From Actinomycetes bacterium (GTDB lineage Bacteria > Actinomycetota > Acidimicrobiia > Acidimicrobiales > RAAP-2), in assembly GCA_021793515.1 (NCBI GenBank), contig JAJYSP010000001.1:10533-74532 (forward strand): 64,000 nt of DNA. Reading direction: 5' to 3'. Of the stretch, positions 47,233-56,946 are shown piece by piece. A program made the position numbers and the translations under genes. A model generated the notes under the pieces. That model searched no databases. It saw only the letters and a list, made by a program, of their open reading frames with translations, and was not told where the DNA came from. Within the stretch, counting starts at the first letter, position 1, and every line of letters begins with the position of its first letter.

Positions 47233-47494
47233 GGTCGTGCCACGTGGTCTAGCGACAACCCGGCCTCGACGGCGAAGGTCACGCAAGCACCGTCACGCCA
47301 GGCTTCGCCCGGGCACCGCCGATAACCATCCAGCACCGTCGGCGTGGATCGAGCGTCACGTCGGATTCGCTGATGATCTCGCCCCTGCGTCTGATCCTCC
47401 TGGCCGTTCCTCGTACGCACGGTCGACGCTCGGCCACCCAGCGCCACCGTGGCTCGACGTCGACCCGTTTCGCGCAGCTGTTCGTGGGACCCCA

Positions 47495-47740
47495 TCAGTG
47501 CCCACCGTGATCGTGGTTCATCCCTCGCATCATGAACGCCATCATCACGACACAACCGACGGCGACGACCAGAGCAGAGGCGCTGACGACATGGGTCGCC
47601 ACGAGGACGGCTGCGATGAGCAGAACCGGGATGCAACAGGCGATCATCGTCATGTGGTTGGTTCGTCGTGCACCACCACGGTGGTCGTGATCGGCCGTGC
47701 CGCTCGCGACGCCGTGCTGTTCGACGTGATCGTCATTCAT
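47495..47740 (-). CDS. Small His/Met/Cys-rich two-TM protein (DUF2933-like)
   Basis: MIACCIP..GCVVMMAFMMRGMNHDHGGH. Confidence 0.7.
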   Translation of the reverse strand: MNDDHVEQHGVASGTADHDHRGGARRTNHMTMIACCIPVLLIAAVLVATHVVSASALVVAVGCVVMMAFMMRGMNHDHGGH

Positions 47741-47942
47741 TGCGCTCCCTTGAACACGTGGTGAAGTGGTCGTCGGTCACAAAAGGCATCGCGCTCGAAG
47801 CAACGGGGTAACGGCGTGGCAACGGTCGAGCCACGTTGAATCCGACCAGTCGGTACCGCCCGCAACGGCGACCGGTGTGGTTCTGTTCTGATCGGGCCAC
47901 CGGACATCGACGTCTTCACCGCGCACCTTTCACGACTCTCTC

Positions 47943-47957
47943 TACCCCTTGGGGGTA
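47943..47957. promoter_or_regulatory. CsoR-type operator
   Basis: TACCCCTTGGGGGTA (TAC-C tract-G tract-GTA) between divergent genes; weaker copy TACCCCCTACCCGTA at 47996-48010; csoR 1.3 kb away. Confidence 0.7.
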
Positions 47958-48064
47958 TCCGTATCATACCGGAGTTGGACAGGGACTTATGACCCTACCC
48001 CCTACCCGTATTTGTGAATTATTTTCTGGGCAGGGGCCGAACGGGAAAGGTGAGTTACCGACGT

Positions 48065-48652
48065 ATGAGTACTGCTACTGGGCCTCAAAACTGCCAGACG
48101 GCGTGGCCGAAAGATGCCCTTCGAATCAGTTTTGGTGTCATATGGGCCATCGATGCCGCGCTGAAGTGGCTGCCGGGATTCCGGTCGATGTTCATGGGGA
48201 CGATCATGGGCGAGGCAGACGGTCAACCCCGTTGGCTGCACCCGTGGTTCACGTTCTGGATCCACATCCAGCATCCTCGGGTCAATTTCTTCGTGGATCT
48301 GGTCGCCGTCGTTGAGACCTTGATCGCCATTGCCCTCATCCTGGGTTTCGCGAGAAAGGTCACCTACATATCCGCCGCGCTCTTCAGTCTGGTGGTCTGG
48401 GCGACCGCGGAGGGCTTCGGTGGCCCGTACACGATGGGAGCGTCGGACATCGGCACTGCCATCATCTACGCAGTCGTGTTCTTGAACCTCCTCGCGATCA
48501 GTTACTACGCTGGGCCAGCTCGCTACAGCGTCGACTACTACCTCGAGCGGCGGTTCTCGTGGTGGTGGAAGGTGGCTGAGTTGCGCCGTCCCGAGACGTC
48601 ACAGCTTGTAGACGACCGTGCCAGCGAGAAGAAGGTGCCACAACCCGCTTGA
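48065..48652 (+). CDS. DoxX/DoxD-like membrane protein (start re-called at ATG 48065)
   Basis: ALRISFGVIWAIDAALKW, VAVVETLIAIALILGF, WATAEGFGGPY, YSVD. Confidence 0.7.
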   Translation: MSTATGPQNCQTAWPKDALRISFGVIWAIDAALKWLPGFRSMFMGTIMGEADGQPRWLHPWFTFWIHIQHPRVNFFVDLVAVVETLIAIALILGFARKVTYISAALFSLVVWATAEGFGGPYTMGASDIGTAIIYAVVFLNLLAISYYAGPARYSVDYYLERRFSWWWKVAELRRPETSQLVDDRASEKKVPQPA

Positions 48653-49251
48653 GTGCGCTTCGAAGTCGCGACGCGTCCGGCGTACCCACCAACCCCCTCC
48701 ATTGCCGATGTGGTGGGTACGCCGGGCGTGTCGTACGTTCCCCGTGGCGCGCGGTCTGCGTTGACCGCGCAGGACTCTGACCCCTGCGCCCGTGGCGCTA
48801 GATCTGGGCCCTCGGCCCGGTCTACAACGTGTCCGACGGTCCCCCGACGGTCACAGCGGGGCACGTCAGGCCCACCTCGACGCGCGGGCCAAGGGCGTCG
48901 GCCCGCGCGTCGATGAACCCGTGGCGACCACGGGCGCTAGGGCCGACTACACCGGCGAGAACCGGGGAATCCGCCGGTTACAATGAGGCACCAACAGCAC
49001 GTGCAAAGGACGCGACGAACGAAACGAGGGGTGCCACGAAGACCTGAGGACCGTCGTCACCTGACAAGACGCGAGGTCTCAAAGGCGTTCGAACAGACCC
49101 GCGGCGATCGTTGCGTGTGGACGACGACCAACCGGGGACCCTGGTTCCACGTCCATGGACAGCGACGTGGAGTTGGCGAAGTGACGAACTGGTTGTCGCG
49201 GGTTGTCCCAGCTCGTCGCTCGGCGTAACAGCGTAGGAAAGGTGGATCGTG

Positions 49252-49602
49252 ATGGCAGACGAATCGCAGGTACCCGAGGTCAGTGCCTCGCGGCCAACGA
49301 AGAGCGCGTCGAGCCGTCAGCGTCGGGGGTACGCCTCGGGCAAAGATGACTACCTCGCCCGACTGAAGAAGATCGAGGGGCAGGTTCGGGGCATCCAGAA
49401 GATGGTCGACGACGACCGGTGGTGCCCCGACATCGTGACCCAGATCGCCTCCGTGAGTGCCGCGCTTCAAGAGGTCACCGTCGGGCTGCTGAACGACCAC
49501 CTGCAACACTGCGTGGTGCACGCAGTCCAGAGCTCCGAATCCGACGGTGGCGAGGCGTTGCGAGAGGTCGCGAGCACCATCCGACAAATCCTGCGGATGT
49601 AG
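49252..49602 (+). CDS. csoR: CsoR-family copper-sensing repressor
   Basis: RLKKIEGQVRGIQKMV..WCPDIVTQI..HLQHCV: Cys-His-Cys Cu(I) fingerprint. Confidence 0.92.
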   Translation: MADESQVPEVSASRPTKSASSRQRRGYASGKDDYLARLKKIEGQVRGIQKMVDDDRWCPDIVTQIASVSAALQEVTVGLLNDHLQHCVVHAVQSSESDGGEALREVASTIRQILRM

Positions 49603-49653
49603 CGGACAAGTCCGTCGCTCGCGGTTGGCGACCGCATGGCGCGAGAAGCGAGT

Positions 49654-50436
49654 TCAACTCTTCGTCGCGCTCGCGGGAATCGCCTTCAACAGAGCCGACG
49701 GCGCGACGTACATCGATTGATTGGTGATCCAGTAGTCGCGATACCAGAGCACTTTGCCGTGATAGACGAGGACGAAAGCGTGACCCGGAGTGTTCGCGTG
49801 CATGCCGAGTCCCAACGTGTTGAACGCTGACGAGATCACGCCGTTCGGGTCAGAGATCAGCGGCGTCGTGATCTTGTAGTCGGCGGCGGCCTGTTTAAGG
49901 ACCGTCGGCGGGTCGGGGGTGAACGACATCAGGTGGATACCCCGTTTGGTGAGCTCGGATCCAACTTGTTGGAGTCCCTGGATCTGTTCGAGACACGCCT
50001 GACACGAGACACCCTCTGAGAAGAACAGCAGCGTCCGCTGGTCATAGATCTGCGCCGACGAGACCGGCTGGCCAGTGATCAGGTTGATCCCCGTAAAGCT
50101 CGGCACCGCCGAGCCGACGGGGAGACCGGCCCCGAGCGCGACACCGGCGGGTACGTTCGGCGAACGGAACGTCGACGGACCCTTGACCAACCCCGGCACG
50201 ATGAAGCTCGCCACGAGCAACACGATGATCCCCAGCGCCGTCCACCCGCTCGCCGACGATCGCCAGAAGCTTCGCCGGCGCACCTTGTAGCGCTTGACGG
50301 GTGCCGTCGACGCGGCCCGCGCTCGACCTGGACTAGTGGCCGGTCTGGTCGACGGCGTCGTCGTGCGTTCCCGCTTCGTTGAGTTCGGCTTCGCAGCAGC
50401 TACTGCGCGCTTCGACTTCGTTGGACGTTGCTTCAT
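49654..50436 (-). CDS. Membrane-anchored thioredoxin-fold redoxin
   Basis: One TM, then FFSEGVSCQAC CxxC, PLISDP; SD AGGA upstream. Confidence 0.8.
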   Translation of the reverse strand: MKQRPTKSKRAVAAAKPNSTKRERTTTPSTRPATSPGRARAASTAPVKRYKVRRRSFWRSSASGWTALGIIVLLVASFIVPGLVKGPSTFRSPNVPAGVALGAGLPVGSAVPSFTGINLITGQPVSSAQIYDQRTLLFFSEGVSCQACLEQIQGLQQVGSELTKRGIHLMSFTPDPPTVLKQAAADYKITTPLISDPNGVISSAFNTLGLGMHANTPGHAFVLVYHGKVLWYRDYWITNQSMYVAPSALLKAIPASATKS

Positions 50437-51262
50437 CGTCTGCTTTCCTTTTCTTTACGACCGCGAGCACGAAGGCGCCCACCACCACGGCCAAGACCGG
50501 CAACGACACGACGTTGGGGATCCGTGCGACGTAGACCCCGACGCCACGCATCCAACCGCCGAGCGCTTTCTGGAATCCGGGCGCGGTATTCGAGTTACCC
50601 GTCATCGCGAGCGCGATGAACAACGCGCCAAAGCCCGCGAAGATGACCACACCCGCGAATCGCACGACGCCGATTCGCTTGGCGTGAGAGCCGAACCGCA
50701 GGGTGATCATCGGGTCCGAGACTCGCCGCTTGAGCCGACCGTAGAACAGCGCAATTGGAATCAGTGGCGCCATCATCCCCGTCACGTAGGCGACACCGAG
50801 CAACAGGCCACCGGCGATCGTGCCGCTCGTAGCCGACAGCGCGATCGCGCCGGCGAGCACGGGTGCACAGCAGGCCGTTGACGCACCAGAGAACACCCCG
50901 AGCCCGAAGACTGACCACAACGACCCGGTGAGTCGCGGCTGGGGCACGTGCATCGGCAACATGGAGCTGCGCCACAGCGCCACCGCGACGCCGATCATCA
51001 TCAGCCCGCCGAGCGTGAAGAGTTGTGGGTGCCATCGCGACACGTAGGACGCGACGAACGCCGCCCCGAGCGTGATTGGCAGGACCACGAGCGAGACGCC
51101 CGCCACGTAGATCGCGCTCAGACGAGCGACGCGGAGGCGACGGCCCCCGCCAATGGCGGCCAGGTACGCCGGCAGCATGACACCAGCACAACAGGGTGCG
51201 AAGAACGCCACCATTCCCGCGGCGAAGGCTGCCGCGAGGGAACCGCCGAGCAGGATGCTCAT
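50333..51262 (-). CDS. CcdA/DsbD-type transmembrane electron transporter
   Basis: AFFAPCCAGVMLPAY and ACCAPVLAG Cys-Pro motifs, multiple TMs. Confidence 0.85.
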   Translation of the reverse strand: MSILLGGSLAAAFAAGMVAFFAPCCAGVMLPAYLAAIGGGRRLRVARLSAIYVAGVSLVVLPITLGAAFVASYVSRWHPQLFTLGGLMMIGVAVALWRSSMLPMHVPQPRLTGSLWSVFGLGVFSGASTACCAPVLAGAIALSATSGTIAGGLLLGVAYVTGMMAPLIPIALFYGRLKRRVSDPMITLRFGSHAKRIGVVRFAGVVIFAGFGALFIALAMTGNSNTAPGFQKALGGWMRGVGVYVARIPNVVSLPVLAVVVGAFVLAVVKKRKADDEATSNEVEARSSCCEAELNEAGTHDDAVDQTGH

Positions 51263-51501
51263 AGTCCGAGGTCCTGACGCAGTCGCCGCTCGGAGAATCG
51301 TCCGTAGGCGAGCACCCGGTCGCCCTGCACGAGGACCGGCAGCATCGCGAGCGGCACGCCACGCGTCGCGAGCGCCTGGGCCACGTCACTGGTCACGTCG
51401 TACTCTCGAATGGGAATGGCGATGCTCGCCACGACCGTACGCGCGTAGTCACAGAGGTGACAGTCGTGCGTGGTGATCAGCAGGTAGTCCGTGTCGGTCA
51501 T
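51259..51501 (-). CDS. Glutaredoxin-like (DUF836) protein, probably leaderless
   Basis: HDCHLC CxxC, LPVL..G..GRFSERRL; TATCGT -10 lies 7 nt before the ATG. Confidence 0.75.
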   Translation of the reverse strand: MTDTDYLLITTHDCHLCDYARTVVASIAIPIREYDVTSDVAQALATRGVPLAMLPVLVQGDRVLAYGRFSERRLRQDLGL

Positions 51502-51523
51502 AGCGATGACGATAGAAACCACT

Positions 51524-51541
51524 TATGAAGCACGTATGAAG
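51524..51541 (-). promoter_or_regulatory. OmpR-type tandem box
   Basis: CTTCATA-N4-CTTCATA (11-bp period) at the -35 position of the glutaredoxin promoter. Confidence 0.6.
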
Positions 51542-51699
51542 TTCCACACGGACGTGAAGGGCCGGGCGCCGCGACGAGACGGGCGTCCTCGTCATGGTCC
51601 AGTGAGGGCTTCCACGGCCAGGAATCCGTCGCACCCGTCGGGTCAAACCCCGTAATTGTGACTTTGGGCCACAGTCGATCGCGATGGTTCTCGACGAAA

Positions 51700-51717
51700 C
51701 TTCACATCGACTTCACA
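51700..51717 (+). promoter_or_regulatory. OmpR-type tandem box (autoregulatory)
   Basis: CTTCACA-N4-CTTCACA, 24 nt before the response regulator ATG. Confidence 0.6.
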
Positions 51718-51741
51718 CGGCGCAAAGAAACTGTGCGGTAT

Positions 51742-52458
51742 ATGTCCCAGAGCCAGTTCAATAGTTCGATTGTCATCATTGATGATGACGTGGCAGTCCA
51801 GGAAGTCACGCGCGCGTACTTGGAACGAGACGGGTACACCGTCTTCGTGGCGGGAACCGGTGCCGACGGACTCGCCATGGCCCAACGCGTGCACGCGGGC
51901 CTGATCGTGCTCGACCTCATGCTCCCCGACACGTCGGGCGAACAGGTCGCCCGGGACATCCGCGCACGTTCCGATGTCCCACTGCTGATGCTGACCGCCA
52001 AGGCGTCCGAGGAAGAACGTCTCAACGGCCTCGCGCTCGGAGCCGATGACTATTTGACCAAGCCGTTCAGCCCCCGCGAGTTCGTCGCTCGAGTCCGGGC
52101 GATCTTGCGGCGCACCCAGGCGACGGATCTGCCCCTGGTTGACCAGCTCTCGTTCCACGGTGGCGCGCTGCAGATCGACACCACTGCGCGCGAGGTGCGC
52201 GTCGACGGAGCGCTCGTGAACCTGACCAGAAACGAATATCGGCTACTCGTGACGCTCGCGCAGTACCCCGGCCGCGTCTACAGCCGCTTCGAATTGATCA
52301 ATCGCGTCCAGGGCTACGACTACGAAGGGTACGAGCGCACCATCGACGCGCACGTGAAGAACCTCCGCAAGAAGATTGAAGTCGACTCTCGCCGGCCGCG
52401 GTTCGTCCAGACCGTCTTCGGATCCGGCTATCGCTTTGCGCGATCGAAATCTGATTGA
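51742..52458 (+). CDS. OmpR-family response regulator
   Basis: IIDDD, LDLMLPD, MLTAK, GADDYLTKPFSPRE, winged helix RTIDAHVKNLRKK..GSGYRF. Confidence 0.95.
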   Translation: MSQSQFNSSIVIIDDDVAVQEVTRAYLERDGYTVFVAGTGADGLAMAQRVHAGLIVLDLMLPDTSGEQVARDIRARSDVPLLMLTAKASEEERLNGLALGADDYLTKPFSPREFVARVRAILRRTQATDLPLVDQLSFHGGALQIDTTAREVRVDGALVNLTRNEYRLLVTLAQYPGRVYSRFELINRVQGYDYEGYERTIDAHVKNLRKKIEVDSRRPRFVQTVFGSGYRFARSKSD

Positions 52459-53774
52459 TGGTGACGCTCGGCATCCGGACGCGACTCACGGTGGCGCTGG
52501 TCGCCGTCGCGCTCTTCGCCGTCGCGTTGGCCGCGCTGATCGGCAACCTGGGGCTCACACCGCGCCTCAACCAAGCGGCGCGCGAACGACTCGCCGCGTC
52601 GAGCGTCCACCTGTCGCACATCGCCGCGGACGCGTACCTGAACGCCGGGGGTTGGACCACCGACGTACGAAATGAACTCGGTCACGCGGGTGACCTCGTC
52701 GATCTACGGGTCATGGTGAAGCTCCGAGACGGGCGCGTCCTACCAATCGGTCCGCGACCCTTTGGCGCGACCGCCAACACGCCCGTCGTCGTCAACGGCG
52801 TGGACATCGCCACGATCATCGTCTCCGCGCCCACGGGAAAACTCCTCAGTGCGGCCGACGTTCGACTCGCCGGTTCACTCAACGGGCTGCATCTTCTGGC
52901 TGCAGCGATCGCCACGTTGACCGCCCTCGCAACGGCACTCCTGCTCTCCCAGACACTGTCGCGACCGCTGCGACGGATTCGAGCGGTCGCGGAACGGCTG
53001 AGCCACGGCGAGCTCGACGCCCGAGTCGTCGAGGGCGCGGAACCCGAGATCCGCGACGTTGGCCACGCCCTCAACCAATTGGCCGAGACCCTCCAGCAAG
53101 AGGAGCGACTTCGACGAGAGGGGGTCGCGGACCTCGCCCACGAACTACGAACACCGGTGAATGGACTCTTGAGCCGGGTCGAAGCCGCCCAAGACGACGT
53201 CTTGCCGCTCGAGCAGAATCTCTCGGCCATGCACCGTGAGGTCATGCGCCTGACGCAACTCCTCAATGACCTCTCACGACTCGCCGACGCACAACAGCCC
53301 GGCATCATCGTGAATAAATCACTGCTCGACCTGGCCACGCTCGTCACGTCCGCGATTCCCTCGGTGCAGCCTCGCATCGACGAGCGACACATCGAGCTCA
53401 ACGTACGCACCGAGCCAACGTGGGTGTACGGCGACACTGCACGCCTCGAGCAGGTCATCGTGAATCTCTTAACGAACGCCGTGAACTACACCGCCGAGCG
53501 TGGACGCATCGACGTGACCGTCTCGCACACGAACGCCGAGGCCGTCCTGGAGGTGCGCGACAACGGCATCGGGATGGCCGCTGAGGATCTGCCCTTCATC
53601 TTCACCCGATTCTGGCGCGCCGACCGGTCGCGCTCGCGCGCTACGGGTGGTACCGGCATCGGGCTGACGATCGTGAACGAGTTGGTCCACGCACACGACG
53701 GACGAATCGACGTTGACAGCGCACTCGGCGTGGGGTCTCGATTCCGCGTCTTCTTGCCCAACGTTGACGCGTGA
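52458..53774 (+). CDS. HAMP-HisKA-HATPase sensor kinase
   Basis: ADLAHELRTP, NLLTNAV, DNGIG, FWRAD, GTGIGL. Confidence 0.95.
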   Translation: MVTLGIRTRLTVALVAVALFAVALAALIGNLGLTPRLNQAARERLAASSVHLSHIAADAYLNAGGWTTDVRNELGHAGDLVDLRVMVKLRDGRVLPIGPRPFGATANTPVVVNGVDIATIIVSAPTGKLLSAADVRLAGSLNGLHLLAAAIATLTALATALLLSQTLSRPLRRIRAVAERLSHGELDARVVEGAEPEIRDVGHALNQLAETLQQEERLRREGVADLAHELRTPVNGLLSRVEAAQDDVLPLEQNLSAMHREVMRLTQLLNDLSRLADAQQPGIIVNKSLLDLATLVTSAIPSVQPRIDERHIELNVRTEPTWVYGDTARLEQVIVNLLTNAVNYTAERGRIDVTVSHTNAEAVLEVRDNGIGMAAEDLPFIFTRFWRADRSRSRATGGTGIGLTIVNELVHAHDGRIDVDSALGVGSRFRVFLPNVDA

Positions 53775-53930
53775 TCACCCGACGCCGTCTACCACCGTCG
53801 ACCCCGAGACGGCCGCACGTGGTTCGTGCGACGGGTTAACGGGGCCATGTCGACACCACCGCACGCACCACGTCGAAGGGGCCGACACGAGCCACGCCAC
53901 GACCGACGTGGACGTGGCGTGGCTCAGGGC

Positions 53931-54443
53931 TTACCAACCCATCATGCCGCCACCGTAGCGAATGGTCCCGTTCGAAAAGGCTGAGCCACCCATCATGTCG
54001 CCGTAGCCGGAGCCGTTCGCCCCAAAGCCGCTCATCATGCCGTGATGCACCATCGCGTCGACGATCGCGTCGGCCTGGGTCTGAGTGATCGTCCCGTTGC
54101 TGACGAGCGTACTCAGCACGGTGCGCATGACGCCCGCCGCATTGCCGATCGGCATCGGGAACGTCGAGCCGTCACCCTTGATGACCGACTCCATGTACGT
54201 GATCATCGCGACTCGTACGGCGTTCGCCTGAGCCTGGGAGATAGTGCCGTCGTTCACGAGCCCGGACAACTCGAAACAGTAGGGGCGGCTCGCGTCACGA
54301 GCGATCTGCGTGGTCCCGTGCGCACTACGGCCCGCGGCCATCGCGATGCCGCCACTGGATAGGACGGCCCCGACGGCGGAGCCACCAAGGACACCGACGG
54401 CCACGACGGTCGATACGAACTTGCGTTTCACGTTCATCTTCAT
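53931..54443 (-). CDS. Secreted protein with two DGTI.QAQA repeats and a Met/Gly/His-rich tail
   Basis: Signal peptide KRKFVSTVVAVGVLGG..AMA; LVNDGTISQAQANAV / LVSNGTITQTQADAI; MVHHGMM..DMMGG..GMMGW. Confidence 0.7.
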   Translation of the reverse strand: MKMNVKRKFVSTVVAVGVLGGSAVGAVLSSGGIAMAAGRSAHGTTQIARDASRPYCFELSGLVNDGTISQAQANAVRVAMITYMESVIKGDGSTFPMPIGNAAGVMRTVLSTLVSNGTITQTQADAIVDAMVHHGMMSGFGANGSGYGDMMGGSAFSNGTIRYGGGMMGW

Positions 54444-54539
54444 CTCCTCTTCGAGGCGACCGGATAGTCGATGCCTCGCCATTCATGCAATCAGGGCGCC
54501 GTGTATGGCCCCTGGACGTGATGTGGAGATTGCGTGTTG

Positions 54540-55916
54540 TTAGCGCAGAGGGATGAGAACCGCGAAGCGGGCACCACGCCCCGGTTCGCTCGAAACCTCA
54601 ATACGCCCACCGTGAGCCTCCACGAGACCGGCCACCACGGCGAGCCCGATGCCACTGCCGCTCGTTCGGCGTCCGGCGGTTCCGCGCCAGAACCGGTCAA
54701 AGAGGCGTGGCATCTCCGCCGCGCTGATCCCCGGCCCCTCGTCAGCGACCTCCAACCGGGCCAAGCCATCGCTCGCCTCTACGCTCAAGGTCACGTGCGA
54801 GTGCTCGGGGCTGAACTTGAGCGCGTTGGTGAGAAGATTGGTCACGATCTGACCGATACGAGCGTCGTCGCCGTAGACCGTGGCGTCGTGCAGTCGAAGT
54901 TGCAACGCTACCTCGGCCGCGTCGAAGGCGGGCGCCAGCAGGTCGGCGATGTCCGCCGCGACTGAGGCGACGTTGACGGGTGCCTTCACCAAGTTGAGCC
55001 CCGCCGCCTCGGCGGCGGCCAAGGTCTCGAGGTCGTGAACCAGACGACCTAGTCGGAGCACCTCGTCGCCGAGTGACGCGAGTCGGTCGGTGGTGACCGG
55101 TTCGACGCCATCGACCATCTGTTCCAGCGACGCTTGCACGATGGTGATCGGGGTTCGTAGTTCGTGCGCTACGTCGGCCAGCAGTTGTCGGCGCAAGACG
55201 TCTTCACGATCCAGCGCGTCAGCCATCCGGTCAAAGGACGCCGCGAGCTCACCGACTTCGCCGGGCGCCGACGACTGACCGACCCGTGCGTCGCGGTGGC
55301 CGGACTCGATGGAATGAACCGTGTCGGTGAGACGCGCGAGGGGGCGCGTGATCCGCCTCGACACGAGCCACGCGACGATCAGCGCGAGCAGCGAGGCCAG
55401 TCCCGCGCCTAAGAAGACCGTGCTCTCAAGAGCGCTGCGGACACGTTGCTGGGCGGACGTGAGCCCGTCGATCGGGAACCGGACGATGGCCTCGCCCACC
55501 GTCGCACCGTGCACGGTGATCGCGGTGCGCACTGGTGGGCCCAGCGGCGGCGCGCTATAGGTACCGCCGTGCATCGCCCCCATGATGGTGGACATCATCG
55601 CGGTCGAGCCGCTCTCACTCGCGACGACGTGGCCGGCCGCGTCTCGCACCACGAGTTGCGCGTTCCCCGAGGCGGCGAGGGAGTACGCCGACGTCAGGTC
55701 GGCGTAGGTCCAGTTCCCGCTCTCGCGATAGGCCTGGGCCAGTGCCGCGTCGACCGTACGCACGGTGCTTCGCTGTTCGGTCGCCACCAAGCTCGACACC
55801 TGTGAGTTCGTCGCGAACAGCGTCAGGGTGGCGAGCAACGCCACGGCGGCCACCGCAACGGCGACGAACGCGAGGGCGAGTCGAGAACTGAGCCTGGTCG
55901 AACGACGCTCAGGCAT
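54540..55916 (-). CDS. Sensor kinase with Met-rich extracytoplasmic loop (start re-called at ATG 55916)
   Basis: AMMSTIMGAMHGG loop; ADVAHELRTP, NLLTNALKFS, DEGPG, GSGIGL. Confidence 0.93.
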   Translation of the reverse strand: MPERRSTRLSSRLALAFVAVAVAAVALLATLTLFATNSQVSSLVATEQRSTVRTVDAALAQAYRESGNWTYADLTSAYSLAASGNAQLVVRDAAGHVVASESGSTAMMSTIMGAMHGGTYSAPPLGPPVRTAITVHGATVGEAIVRFPIDGLTSAQQRVRSALESTVFLGAGLASLLALIVAWLVSRRITRPLARLTDTVHSIESGHRDARVGQSSAPGEVGELAASFDRMADALDREDVLRRQLLADVAHELRTPITIVQASLEQMVDGVEPVTTDRLASLGDEVLRLGRLVHDLETLAAAEAAGLNLVKAPVNVASVAADIADLLAPAFDAAEVALQLRLHDATVYGDDARIGQIVTNLLTNALKFSPEHSHVTLSVEASDGLARLEVADEGPGISAAEMPRLFDRFWRGTAGRRTSGSGIGLAVVAGLVEAHGGRIEVSSEPGRGARFAVLIPLR

Positions 55917-56613
55917 CGCGAGCGAGACCGAGTCGATAGCCGACACCTAAGACCGTCTCGACGATGACGGGGTCGCCCGGTTCACGTTCAATCTTGTGTC
56001 GCAGGTTCTTCACGTGGGAGTCGATGGTTCGCTCGTACCCCTCGAACTCGTAGCCACGGACCCGATTGATCAGTTCATAGCGCGAGTACACGCGCCCCGG
56101 CGTGGTGCCGAGGGCGACCAGGAGTCCCCACTCGGTGGGCGTGAGTTCGACGGTTTCGCCGCGGACCCGGACCTCGTGTCGGTCCTCGTCGATCACCACC
56201 TCGTGATGACCGAAGGACATCGGACCGTCGTCGGACACCTGGACCCGGGTTCGACGAAGCACGGCTTGGACCCGAAGCACGAACTCACGGGGACTAAAAG
56301 GTTTGGTCATGTAATCGTCCGCGCCCAGTTCGAGGCCGCGAATTCGGTCCTCCTCGGCGACTTTGGCGGTCAGCATCAGGATCGGGGTCTCGGTCCGTCG
56401 CCGAATCTCGCGCGCGACATCTTCGCCCGCGATGTCGGGCAGGCCCAGGTCGAGCACGACGAGGTCAGGCGCAATCCGACTGGCGACGTCGATGGCCTCG
56501 GCGCCGGACCCCGTCGTCACGACGGCCAGACCCTCGCGCTCGAGCATGTCGCGCAGGAGTTGGCGAAGCTTCGCCTCATCTTCGACTACCAACACTGTGG
56601 CGACCAAGGTCAC
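55909..56613 (-). CDS. OmpR-family response regulator
   Basis: VVEDE, LDLGLPD, MLTAK, GADDYMTKPFSPRE, RTIDSHVKNLRHK..GVGYRL. Confidence 0.95.
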   Translation of the reverse strand: MTLVATVLVVEDEAKLRQLLRDMLEREGLAVVTTGSGAEAIDVASRIAPDLVVLDLGLPDIAGEDVAREIRRRTETPILMLTAKVAEEDRIRGLELGADDYMTKPFSPREFVLRVQAVLRRTRVQVSDDGPMSFGHHEVVIDEDRHEVRVRGETVELTPTEWGLLVALGTTPGRVYSRYELINRVRGYEFEGYERTIDSHVKNLRHKIEREPGDPVIVETVLGVGYRLGLARDA

Positions 56614-56671
56614 CCTTCCGATTCGTCACGGGCGGACTGCGTACACACCAACATTGCCACGAGAACGCGAC

Positions 56672-56890
56672 CTACTGGAGAACGCGTCGACGTGCCTCGT
56701 AGTCCTCGACCGAGATGTCACCGGCCGCGAACCGCTCATCGAGCACCTGGCGTGCACTGTCGTGTCGCCGAGCTGGGGAGTCGCCGAGCCCGCGTACGAG
56801 CCACACGACGCCCGCGATCATCGCGAACCACACCAATCCCATGGACAGCACACCGACCCACGAGTATCCCCATCCGTAACCCCACATCAT
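56672..56890 (-). CDS. SHOCT-domain membrane protein
   Basis: TM followed by ARQVLDERFAAGDISVEDYEARRRVL; SD GAGGAG. Confidence 0.85.
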   Translation of the reverse strand: MMWGYGWGYSWVGVLSMGLVWFAMIAGVVWLVRGLGDSPARRHDSARQVLDERFAAGDISVEDYEARRRVLQ

Positions 56891-56946
56891 TCGTACTCCT
56901 CACCTCGGCCTCGTCACGTTGGACTAAGACCACTCTGAAGGCGACC

